DNA of 28,943 nt from a virus (Duplodnaviria; Caudoviricetes): IMG/VR virus record IMGVR_UViG_3300030376_005909, positions 1 to 28,943 of that record. One strand, written 5' to 3'. Position numbers and translations under genes: made by a program. Within the stretch, counting starts at the first letter, position 1; each line of letters begins with the position of its first letter. The notes under the pieces are model-generated. The model did not search any database and had not been told where the DNA came from. It saw only the letters and a program-made list of their open reading frames with translations. This document shows positions 8,853-17,102 of the stretch, in pieces.

Positions 8853-9365
8853 TCAATCCATTGTCGGAATTATTTTCTTAGGGGGGTTAATATCTTGCTG
8901 AGAACTTTCAGGAATCTTACTACTAATACTATCTTTCATAGTGTCTAACATAGACATTAATGCTCCCATTTGTCCACTAATATCAGTTTTACCTGATTTA
9001 ACATCTGATAAAAGTTTAGACATTTGGTCATGGGCTTGTTGCAAATCTTGTTTAAGCGACTCTCTTGCTTCATCATTTAACATAGGATTATCTTCCCAAT
9101 CACTTTCGCTTATTGCTTTAAGAATACTAAATGCTTTTTTAAATGTTTCACCAGCATAAGAACTATTACTAGCAGGGCCATCATTTGACACAAACTTAGG
9201 TTCATAATTTTCTGCTTTGGGTCGCTTTAGTTTAACATGTTCTGATTCATCTTCAGCAGGATTACGATTATTTTCTAAAGACATAATTAATATCTCTTTT
9301 GCATTTCTGGCCTTTTCAATTAATAGGCTTATTTGTCTTTCTTCCTTTGTTACTCTTTCCGGCAT
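8853..9365 (-). CDS. Hypothetical protein
   Basis: Likely start is ATG 9365 (MPERVT) after GGAGTGA. Contains an internal FSILKA. Confidence 0.7.
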   Translation of the reverse strand: MPERVTKEERQISLLIEKARNAKEILIMSLENNRNPAEDESEHVKLKRPKAENYEPKFVSNDGPASNSSYAGETFKKAFSILKAISESDWEDNPMLNDEARESLKQDLQQAHDQMSKLLSDVKSGKTDISGQMGALMSMLDTMKDSISSKIPESSQQDINPPKKIIPTMD

Positions 9366-9370
9366 TTTAA

Positions 9371-9619
9371 TCACTCCATTTGTCCAACCATCTTATGGAT
9401 ATCTGACCAATCCATATTAGATACATCAGTAGGGACACTTCCTGTTCCACCAATAGAATTATCCATAGCGGGAGTAGGACTATTAGTCACTACTAGTCCT
9501 GCTTTCATTAAAAGACTATCTTTAGCATAAATAGTCTTTTCTAATGCTTCTACTTTATCTGCTAATGCTTTCACTATTTGAAGCATTTCGTCGTTAATAT
9601 TTGTTTCTTCTTCTGTCAT
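9371..9619 (-). CDS. Small coiled-coil protein sharing the protease/scaffold C-terminal peptide (putative accessory scaffold)
   Basis: 82 aa: N-terminal coiled coil, flexible linker, ends in MDWSDIHKMVGQME. Confidence 0.7.
   Translation of the reverse strand: MTEEETNINDEMLQIVKALADKVEALEKTIYAKDSLLMKAGLVVTNSPTPAMDNSIGGTGSVPTDVSNMDWSDIHKMVGQME
9384..9415 (-). repeat. Copy 2 of the M-[ND]-WSDIHKMVG-encoding repeat
   Basis: 27/32 identical to 5126-5157. Confidence 0.8.
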
Positions 9620-9623
9620 TCTT

Positions 9624-9980
9624 TCACTTCCCTTTTCCAGCAGGATAAATCAAATCCCTTAATTGACGGTAGAGCAACTCATACTCCTTACGAAGTTTGG
9701 TGGCAGTAGCAACTATGTCAAGGTTTCGCTCATCCATTGATTTCATTTTTTTATTTAGTTTCTTATCAGATTTAGTTAAATCTAACTCACTAAGAACCTC
9801 AATCAGTTCTCCTAATTTAGTAAAGTCTTGTCCGAAGAATTCAGTAGGTTCTGCTGATTGAAGAACCTTTTTGAGTTTCTTTCTGCCTTTAGCATCTAAA
9901 CTATCTAATAGTTCTTTAGGCACTTGTTTCTTTTCTTTAAGGATAAAATCCTCACCTTCTCCGTAATAATCCCAAGTCAT
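9624..9980 (-). CDS. Hypothetical helical protein
   Basis: 118 aa, ATGA overlap with the upstream gene, N-terminus MTWDYYGEGEDFILKE. Confidence 0.75.
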   Translation of the reverse strand: MTWDYYGEGEDFILKEKKQVPKELLDSLDAKGRKKLKKVLQSAEPTEFFGQDFTKLGELIEVLSELDLTKSDKKLNKKMKSMDERNLDIVATATKLRKEYELLYRQLRDLIYPAGKGK

Positions 9981-11701
9981 TGTTTTCCACTTCCATCAAT
10001 CATATGATTTATTTCATTTACTATTTCTTGTAGTTCTTCAACCAATTGTTCATATTCATCAGTTAAATTATCAATACGAGTCATTTTATCAGTATCAATC
10101 GTAGGTAGCCCAAAAAAATTCAAACCATCTGCTTCTATAGTTAGTTTAGCACCCTCAGAACCTAATAAAGTATCGGCTAACCCTTGCTCAATACTATCAG
10201 AAGCACCAGAAGAGAGTCTAATTATTTTTTTGACTTTTCGTCGCATTTTAATAATTAACCCAATGCTTTCCGTAAGTTTTTCTTTAATGACATAGATAGG
10301 CTTTCGGCTTTCTCTCGCTAATAAATCTTTTTTATTTGAAAGATACCTACGAAGTATTTTATTATATTCTGATAGTGGTTCTTTTAATCTATCAAAAACC
10401 TCTAAGTCCTTAACAAGTTTTTCTAACTTAACCTTTTCTACCTCTATATCCTCGCCAAGTTCCTGACGACCTTCCTCTAAATACTTTTCAGGATTATCTT
10501 GTATGTCTTTAATTGCTTGTGTTTTTTCTTTAATAAATTCAGGAGATAACGCACTAGGGCCAACTGCTTGGATTGGTTTGCTGGCAATGGGGTTAAGCCT
10601 CCTACTATCTCTCCATCGCAAATATTTTCTTTCATATTCTGCTCTACCAGACTCAGTATCTTGATAATCTTTAGGGTCTGGCTTTTTTTCTGGAGGGGCA
10701 GTTTCAGGTTTACTGTGACTAATAACAGCCTTAAGACCAATTACTAATTTTCTTAATTTATTTTCAATTATTTTGTCAGTATTTTTTTCTACTTCTTCTA
10801 ATTCTTGTATTCTATCAACTATTCTATCTTTTTCGTTTTTAATACTTTGAATTTCAGCAATCATTGTTTTATAAGTTTTATTTGCTCTATCATACTCATT
10901 GTCGATTTTAGGGTTTTTTCCCTGAAGCCTTGCCATTACGTTTCTTAATTCACGCCCTCTTTTTGAGTCATCTCTAGTAGCCTTAGGTTCATATCCATGC
11001 TTCTGTGAATGCAGTTTTAAAATTACTTCATAGAATGGCATAGTCTCATTACTATCTGCGATGGGAAAAGAAGAGTTTAGCAATTTGTTTATTCTATCTT
11101 GTAACTTCTTAACATCAATATCATCTTTTTTAGATGTGCTAAAGAACACCCCATCACTTAATACATCAGAGTATAATTTAATTAAAATATTGTTATTGTC
11201 CTTAAGCGAATTTAGTGTTCCTAATAACTTATTAGATGTTCCCTTTTTATTACCAAACCTTCGATATGTTTTTCCAGCACCAATAACAGTTTTATCTGGC
11301 GTAACTCTAGCAGTTTTACTTATTTTTTCTAAATCACTCACTTGATTTTGAAGAACAGATAAATCTTTATAAACATCTTCTCGACGTTTTTCTTCACTTG
11401 CTTTACTTTCTATTTCACCAGAGACTACTCTTGCTTCTCTTCTACTACTATCATCAGTTATTTTGTAGTCTTCTTCTTCACTTAGCAGTCTGTCCTTTTC
11501 TGCTTCTTTCTCTTCTTTGGTTGCTTTAAGAATATATTTTCTATATTGAATTAAATTAGAAGAAGTAATGTTATTTTCTAAAGATTTTTTAATATCAGAA
11601 ATAGGAGCCTTTACTTTAACTAACTCAGTAGTCTCTTCGTCTAGTTCCACTTTACTTAAAACATAAAGCAAAGATTTATTCTTAGACAATTCAAAAATCA
11701 T
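9977..11701 (-). CDS. Large charged coiled-coil protein
   Basis: 574 aa, K/E-rich heptads, GAGGTGA RBS. Confidence 0.75.
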   Translation of the reverse strand: MIFELSKNKSLLYVLSKVELDEETTELVKVKAPISDIKKSLENNITSSNLIQYRKYILKATKEEKEAEKDRLLSEEEDYKITDDSSRREARVVSGEIESKASEEKRREDVYKDLSVLQNQVSDLEKISKTARVTPDKTVIGAGKTYRRFGNKKGTSNKLLGTLNSLKDNNNILIKLYSDVLSDGVFFSTSKKDDIDVKKLQDRINKLLNSSFPIADSNETMPFYEVILKLHSQKHGYEPKATRDDSKRGRELRNVMARLQGKNPKIDNEYDRANKTYKTMIAEIQSIKNEKDRIVDRIQELEEVEKNTDKIIENKLRKLVIGLKAVISHSKPETAPPEKKPDPKDYQDTESGRAEYERKYLRWRDSRRLNPIASKPIQAVGPSALSPEFIKEKTQAIKDIQDNPEKYLEEGRQELGEDIEVEKVKLEKLVKDLEVFDRLKEPLSEYNKILRRYLSNKKDLLARESRKPIYVIKEKLTESIGLIIKMRRKVKKIIRLSSGASDSIEQGLADTLLGSEGAKLTIEADGLNFFGLPTIDTDKMTRIDNLTDEYEQLVEELQEIVNEINHMIDGSGKQ

Positions 11702-11710
11702 TTAATCACC

Positions 11711-11938
11711 TCAAAATGGAATGTTTTCAGTTTTTCCATGTCTCTTAGGAGGAAGAGTAATTACATCAGGAATATCTGCTGATGAAGGAGAAGGCTTAGG
11801 GCTATTATCCGCAGGGAAACCCATAGTCATATCCTTAGTTTTTCTAACTTTATCATTATTAGAACTGGCATTCATGGCCTTAACCTGTGCTAGTTCTTTT
11901 GTCAATCTAATTTGTTTTTGTCTCATATCTTCTGTCAA
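11711..11938 (-). CDS. Small hypothetical protein
   Basis: The track's GTG at 11947 lies inside the GGTGA RBS, so TTG at 11938 is the more likely start. Confidence 0.7.
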   Translation of the reverse strand: MTEDMRQKQIRLTKELAQVKAMNASSNNDKVRKTKDMTMGFPADNSPKPSPSSADIPDVITLPPKRHGKTENIPF

Positions 11939-11948
11939 TTTAATCACC

Positions 11949-12260
11949 TTAAAATTTTGGTTTTTTCAATTTAATTATCCCTTGTGTCTTAACTAATATT
12001 TCTATTAATTCTTTATGAGTTAATTCATTTAATTTTTCTTCAAAAGCATCCATCAATTGATTGTGAGTTGAAGCAGCCAGCATATCTTCATATTCTTTAT
12101 TTGTCTCAACATCATCAAGGCTGTCTTCTTCAATATCTTTAGGTTCTCTTAAAGAAGTTCTTTTATTTTGTTTTTTATCATCAGACCTATCAAACCCTAC
12201 TACCTTAGTAGGAACCTTTCTTCTCATAGGCTGTCCTTTAATTATATTTTCCCAGTTCAT
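11949..12260 (-). CDS. Small hypothetical protein with N-terminal W-x-x-I-I-K tag
   Basis: ATG 12260 after AGGTGA gives MNWENIIKG. Confidence 0.7.
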   Translation of the reverse strand: MNWENIIKGQPMRRKVPTKVVGFDRSDDKKQNKRTSLREPKDIEEDSLDDVETNKEYEDMLAASTHNQLMDAFEEKLNELTHKELIEILVKTQGIIKLKKPKF

Positions 12261-12280
12261 TTTAGTCACCTTAATTTCTC

Positions 12281-12303
12281 AAAAAATTGGCGGGATTTTT
12301 TTT
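12281..12303. terminator. Possible terminator: A-tract/T-tract inverted repeat after the portal gene
   Basis: aaaaaat-tggcggg-atttttt(tt) in the 40-bp gap gives an oligo-T run on either strand. Confidence 0.35.
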
Positions 12304-12309
12304 CTGCCT

Positions 12310-13947
12310 TTAACCTATTCTCCTTTCAGTTCGCTTATCATTATTTTGGTTTCCCGCTGCTAATGGTAGGCCACTTAGCCTTTTATCTGGCCCTTGATTC
12401 ATTGAAGGCTTATTTCTAGTTGTCGCTGGATTTTCTTGAGGTTTTCCTTCACCTTGCATCATTTGTTCTTGCATTTGACCCATTTGTGAAGCATCAATAT
12501 TAGTTCCCGCATAAGGGTCTAATTCAGCCGATTCTCCTTTCTTTGGGGCTTCTTCTTCTTTAGGCTCAGGTTTAGTAAAAGTAAAGTTTCCATCTTCATC
12601 CATTTCAACTTCAAATCCTAAATTTTTTGTTGAAGCAGCAATATTAACTTCAATTTCTCTCTTTCTTAATACTGCTATTTCATCTTCCTCTTCAGATGGA
12701 GGTAGTTTTAAATTCCAATCAGTAATCCCAAATTGCTTAATTAGGAAAGGGAATACATAATTATTATACACAGTCTGTGCTTTCTGAACTGCTCGGTTAG
12801 TAACTAATATTTGCATACCTTCATTATTTAATCCACCACTAGTGGTGTTATCAGCCATGAATACTTTACTTACACCATAGAATGCGGAGATTCTATCTCT
12901 TAAATCATCTTTAACCTGAATATAATCCATCTCTTTTAGACTATCCATAAATTTAATCCACTCTACTGCACCTTTACCATTCTCGGCTTCGATTCCCATA
13001 ACAGGAATAAAGTGAGGGTCGGCCTCCATCTTCTCTTTGACTGCTCGCCAAAAAGATTTCATAGATTCCATATTTCTAGTTTGGACTGCCAATAGACCTC
13101 TAGGCATTCGGCTCTTAGTGTATGCTGAATTAACATAGTTCTCCATAGCAATAAGAGTCATTATATTATTAAACAAAGTAATAATAGGAGACATACCATA
13201 TAATCGAGTCGGACTATATTTGCTAAAGTGAAGGACTTCACCCTTCAAAAAGTGCTGGTCTTCACCATTCACTCTATTAACATAATGAACTGGGAATAGA
13301 TTAGAGCCACAAGTTTCACATAATTCATGAGGCTCGTTAGAAATAAGAGTCCGATGATTTATACAAGTAAATCCCTTAGTTCCCCTTTGACCTAATTCAT
13401 CACTATAAATGAACATAGTTATTGGGTCGCCTCTGTAAAGTTCCTTAACTCGGTGCATTTTAATTTTACCATTACCGTCAATAAAATATTCTTTGACTAA
13501 TACAATGTAAGCATCATCCATAATGTTTAAATCATCTTCTAATTCTTGTAATACATCAATAAATAATTGCTCCGATTTATTAACATAACCCTCAATGAAT
13601 TTTTCAGCATATTCTAACTGCTTAACGTCCGGTAATTGCAAGTCAGTGCTTCCACAACGAGAACACTCTTGAACAGGTCTTGTGTGTGTTTTACTACAGG
13701 TTTTACATTTTGCTTCGTAAGCCTTTTCCCAAATATATCCTCGCCTAAACACTTCTTGTTTTAATTGAGTAATGCAAGTTCTAGTGATAACTGATTGATT
13801 AACAACATTATAAATCAGTGGCCCAGTCATCATATGACTATTCTGCCTTTCTTGAATACCCATGTTAAATACAGTTCTATCCATAGGTTTAGGAGTTGAA
13901 CGCCTAAACAAATTAGTTAAACTAAATCTTTTTTTGCCTTCAGACAT
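12310..13947 (-). CDS. Portal protein
   Basis: 545 aa. Portal-like motifs (EVLHFSKYSP..LYGMSPI, PRGLL, RISAFYGV), position between terminase and protease, two Cys-rich inserts. Confidence 0.85.
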   Translation of the reverse strand: MSEGKKRFSLTNLFRRSTPKPMDRTVFNMGIQERQNSHMMTGPLIYNVVNQSVITRTCITQLKQEVFRRGYIWEKAYEAKCKTCSKTHTRPVQECSRCGSTDLQLPDVKQLEYAEKFIEGYVNKSEQLFIDVLQELEDDLNIMDDAYIVLVKEYFIDGNGKIKMHRVKELYRGDPITMFIYSDELGQRGTKGFTCINHRTLISNEPHELCETCGSNLFPVHYVNRVNGEDQHFLKGEVLHFSKYSPTRLYGMSPIITLFNNIMTLIAMENYVNSAYTKSRMPRGLLAVQTRNMESMKSFWRAVKEKMEADPHFIPVMGIEAENGKGAVEWIKFMDSLKEMDYIQVKDDLRDRISAFYGVSKVFMADNTTSGGLNNEGMQILVTNRAVQKAQTVYNNYVFPFLIKQFGITDWNLKLPPSEEEDEIAVLRKREIEVNIAASTKNLGFEVEMDEDGNFTFTKPEPKEEEAPKKGESAELDPYAGTNIDASQMGQMQEQMMQGEGKPQENPATTRNKPSMNQGPDKRLSGLPLAAGNQNNDKRTERRIG

Positions 13948-13973
13948 ATGTTACACCCCTCAAACTTTGCAGC

Positions 13974-14855
13974 CTATGCTTCAGTTATAGAACCTTCGGG
14001 AAATGATGCATTTACCCTTTCTAAACTTCTAACAAAGCGACTTACATGAGTCATTTTCTTGAGATTAATTCCTGTTTCGTAGTCATTATCATGCGCCCAA
14101 CTAACAAGTTGGTTAGTAGAAAGGTTGCTGCCACTAGTAGGAATAAAAGGGCAGCCCCCAAGCCCATTGATACTAGAATCAAAAGAAGTAACTCCTAAGT
14201 CTAAAGAAGACTTAACATTATTTAGTATATTGTTACCTCCTATTTTCTTCTCATGAAAGTGCATCGCTATTTTAGAATCAATATTCCGAGTTAATTCTAA
14301 GGCTTTGGCTATTTTTGTAGGGTAAGCACTACCTATAGTATCGCAGAGAACAACCGTTTCAGCAATATCACTGGCCTTAGTGATGGCATCTTTCAATTCA
14401 TGTTCAGCAGGTAGCCCTTCAAAGGGACAACCAAATGCACAAGAAACATAGGCTCTAACATCTTCTCTATTAGTATCACTTAACATTGTCTTTATATTAT
14501 CATATACTTCATCTAATTTTTTTCCTAAGTTTCTAATATTAAATTCATTAGAAGGAGAAAAAAATACATTTAGTTTTTTAGCACCCACCTTTTTAGCCCT
14601 ATCAAATCCTTTTTGGTTAGGAATAAGGACTCCTAAGTTTCCTAGTTCTTTAGTCTGAGAAAAAACTTCTTCTGCGTCTGCTAGATTGGGAACCCTTTTA
14701 GGATGAACAAATGAAGTCGCCTCTATGTTCTTAAAACCCGCATAATAAAGTTCTTCAATCATAGTTATTTTATCAGAAGTAGATACTTTAAATTTACTAT
14801 TTTGTAAGCCATCTCTAGGCCCAACTTCATATATGTTTAAATCCATCCTCACCAC
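13974..14855 (-). CDS. hmgL: Hydroxymethylglutaryl-CoA lyase (DRE-TIM metallolyase)
   Basis: IYEVGPRDGLQN, IEATSFVHPKRVP, YVSCAFGCPFEG, LCDTIG, HFH metal site and GLGGCPF with the catalytic Cys. The start may instead be ATG 14846. Confidence 0.88.
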   Translation of the reverse strand: MVRMDLNIYEVGPRDGLQNSKFKVSTSDKITMIEELYYAGFKNIEATSFVHPKRVPNLADAEEVFSQTKELGNLGVLIPNQKGFDRAKKVGAKKLNVFFSPSNEFNIRNLGKKLDEVYDNIKTMLSDTNREDVRAYVSCAFGCPFEGLPAEHELKDAITKASDIAETVVLCDTIGSAYPTKIAKALELTRNIDSKIAMHFHEKKIGGNNILNNVKSSLDLGVTSFDSSINGLGGCPFIPTSGSNLSTNQLVSWAHDNDYETGINLKKMTHVSRFVRSLERVNASFPEGSITEA

Positions 14856-14861
14856 TTCACT

Positions 14862-15476
14862 TTAATTGAGCAACAACTTATCATATTCGTCTTTCCAACT
14901 TTTCTCATCAAGGTCTAACTCTTCCATTACACTCTCTTGAGTAATTGGCTTATTCATATGTTTGAACATTTGAATCACTTGTTTTATCTTAGGGGTTAAA
15001 TCAACATCTCCCCCACCACTATTTGCTTCTTGTGATAATAATCCTTTAACTTTCTTAAATTCTTCCATATTATACCCATGTGTTTTCATCACTGTAATGA
15101 AATACTGTAAATGTTTATTTAAATCTAGCCCATTAATATATTTTTTATCCCTTTCATAACCGTCAAAATCAATCACATATTTTAGTTTTTTCGCCTCATT
15201 AATAATTTCTTGTGGATTATGTGGGTCAAAATTAGTAATCATGCTTCCGCTGGCAGCGATTTCATCAAATTTATATTTTGACACCAATAAACCCAAGGCG
15301 GAGACCGGAGGCGAAGCATCCCAATCTTTTCCCTCTAATCTATTTTTAACAATTAAAGCAAATAAATCTACTGCCGCTTGTTCGCTTTTCACATTTACAT
15401 ATAACCAAGGTTGACCCCCTGAATCCCCTTTTAATATTTCCAAACTTTCCAATTTTAATATCTCAAACCAACCCAT
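14862..15476 (-). CDS. Hypothetical protein with N-terminal W-x-x-I-L-K tag
   Basis: MGWFEILKLESLEILKG (doubled EILK), with a small HTH-like C-terminal segment. Confidence 0.75.
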   Translation of the reverse strand: MGWFEILKLESLEILKGDSGGQPWLYVNVKSEQAAVDLFALIVKNRLEGKDWDASPPVSALGLLVSKYKFDEIAASGSMITNFDPHNPQEIINEAKKLKYVIDFDGYERDKKYINGLDLNKHLQYFITVMKTHGYNMEEFKKVKGLLSQEANSGGGDVDLTPKIKQVIQMFKHMNKPITQESVMEELDLDEKSWKDEYDKLLLN

Positions 15477-15482
15477 TCTAAA

Positions 15483-17093
15483 TCACACCATATCATAATC
15501 ACTTTTAGGATTTAACCAATCTCTTTTTTTCCCATCAGCAGTAATCTCATACCAAATAAAACCGCTAAACTCTCCAAGTTTATCTCCTAACCAATCTCGC
15601 AAGTTATCCTCAATGTCTTCATAAGAGGCATCTATTTCTAGTCCTAACTCCTTAGCCGTTTCCATCATATTAAGTTCAATATCTTCCATCGGTTCATCTT
15701 CTGTTGAATAAGACTCAATTACAAAAGTCCTTTCTTGTTGTTTAAGAATACTTTCATGGCTTTCTAAACTATCCATAGTAGACATTTTACAATTGGCTTG
15801 TAACTTAGCAATATCAGTTAAATAAATATCTTCTTTGAGCCAATCGTAACCTACGTGGTCTTTGTGATTTTCCCATTTCATTAACTTAAAAATTTCATCG
15901 CATCTAGACTTATACCAATCTGTTTTCTTATATCCTTTTTTCATTCGGATAAGTTCTAGAAGTAGTTTAGCATTGCCTTTCTTTAATCTAAAATGAGGCA
16001 AGCACTTAGTCAACAAGTCGGTGACATCATCTTGTGAATAAAAGTTTAATCTTTGAATAAGCCTTGTCTGTTGAGGAGATTTTTGGTCTAGATGCATTCG
16101 CCCATACCCTATTGACTTATGCATTTCTTCCATGAAAGCCTTACCTCTCGAACCTGTTGCAATTAAACCTACTCTTGGATTCATATTACGGTCTAAAGTA
16201 ATATAACCATCAGAGTCAATAAAAGCAGCAGTATAAGCCCAAATATTTTTCTTAATCATAGACGGCATCTTATAATAAGAACCATTAGATGAAACAATAT
16301 CTAATTTTTTAATTGCTTTAGCAATTGTATTTGGGCTACTTATTTTAAATAAAGGAGTAGGCATTATTTCGTGAATGTTCTGTGCAGTAATTCCGGGTTG
16401 TTCACAAACAGATTTAAGAATAAAATCTTCTTGTCTTTGCTTTTTAGTTTTAGTAATAGACTGGTTAGTAATTTTAGAAATAGCATTTCTAAAATCTTTT
16501 TTAGCCAATCTCATTTCTTTAGCAAGTTCACTATACTCTTTACTATAAGCCATGCCTTCTTGTTTTTGTTCGGCTTCCCAATACTTACATAGAGAATCGA
16601 CAGTCTCTCTTCTTAACTCAAGGCTTTTCATTTTATTAAGTTTAGATAAGTCTTTTTCATTATATCTCATTTTAGATAGAGGAACAGTATAATCACTTAG
16701 CCAAGTAATAGAACCAATGCACTTTTGTAAATGGTCTGCATAGGCATCAATCATTGTATCAATAGCCTTTGCCATTTTAATTCTTTGTTCCCCTTTTAAT
16801 GCTCTGCGGGATTTTCTCATCTTTCTAATCAAATCAGGAATAGAATGTTCTTCAACAAGATATTGGTCAGGAAAAACACTTAACTGTTTTCTAGCCTCAG
16901 TAGAATTTATATTTAATGTAGATGCTAATTTAGTTATTTCTTCATGCTCTGACATTACATGAGAGACACTTTTTAACTCCGTATCTAATTGAGTTTCTAT
17001 ACTATCTTTAGTTTCTTCCTCTTCTTCATCTAATTCAGCCAAACGATTCATTTGTTGAGCCGCCTCTCGATATTTATCTGCTTGCTCTGTCAC
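15483..17093 (-). CDS. Multi-domain protein: helical N-terminus + winged-HTH-like segment + single LAGLIDADG endonuclease domain + acidic tail
   Basis: IWAYTAAFIDSDGYI motif with downstream LTKCLPHFRLKK. Upstream ILKSVCEQPGITAQNIH...SPNTIAKAI. GTG start after GAGGTGG. Confidence 0.75.
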   Translation of the reverse strand: MTEQADKYREAAQQMNRLAELDEEEEETKDSIETQLDTELKSVSHVMSEHEEITKLASTLNINSTEARKQLSVFPDQYLVEEHSIPDLIRKMRKSRRALKGEQRIKMAKAIDTMIDAYADHLQKCIGSITWLSDYTVPLSKMRYNEKDLSKLNKMKSLELRRETVDSLCKYWEAEQKQEGMAYSKEYSELAKEMRLAKKDFRNAISKITNQSITKTKKQRQEDFILKSVCEQPGITAQNIHEIMPTPLFKISSPNTIAKAIKKLDIVSSNGSYYKMPSMIKKNIWAYTAAFIDSDGYITLDRNMNPRVGLIATGSRGKAFMEEMHKSIGYGRMHLDQKSPQQTRLIQRLNFYSQDDVTDLLTKCLPHFRLKKGNAKLLLELIRMKKGYKKTDWYKSRCDEIFKLMKWENHKDHVGYDWLKEDIYLTDIAKLQANCKMSTMDSLESHESILKQQERTFVIESYSTEDEPMEDIELNMMETAKELGLEIDASYEDIEDNLRDWLGDKLGEFSGFIWYEITADGKKRDWLNPKSDYDMV

Positions 17094-17102
17094 ATAACCA
17101 CC

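Larger units (their letters stand above)
11701..12274 (-). repeat. Three short intergenic direct repeats (stop codon + AGGTGA + spacer)
   Basis: tttaatcacctcaaaat (11701-11717) and tttaatcaccttaaaat (11939-11955) match 16/17. tttagtcaccttaa (12261-12274) matches the second copy 13/14. Confidence 0.5.

Noticed and set aside
10477-10740. Nested minus-strand 87-aa ORF, considered as a frameshift product or overprinted gene
   Set aside because: It lies fully inside the uninterrupted 574-aa gene, with no RBS or convincing slippery site identified.
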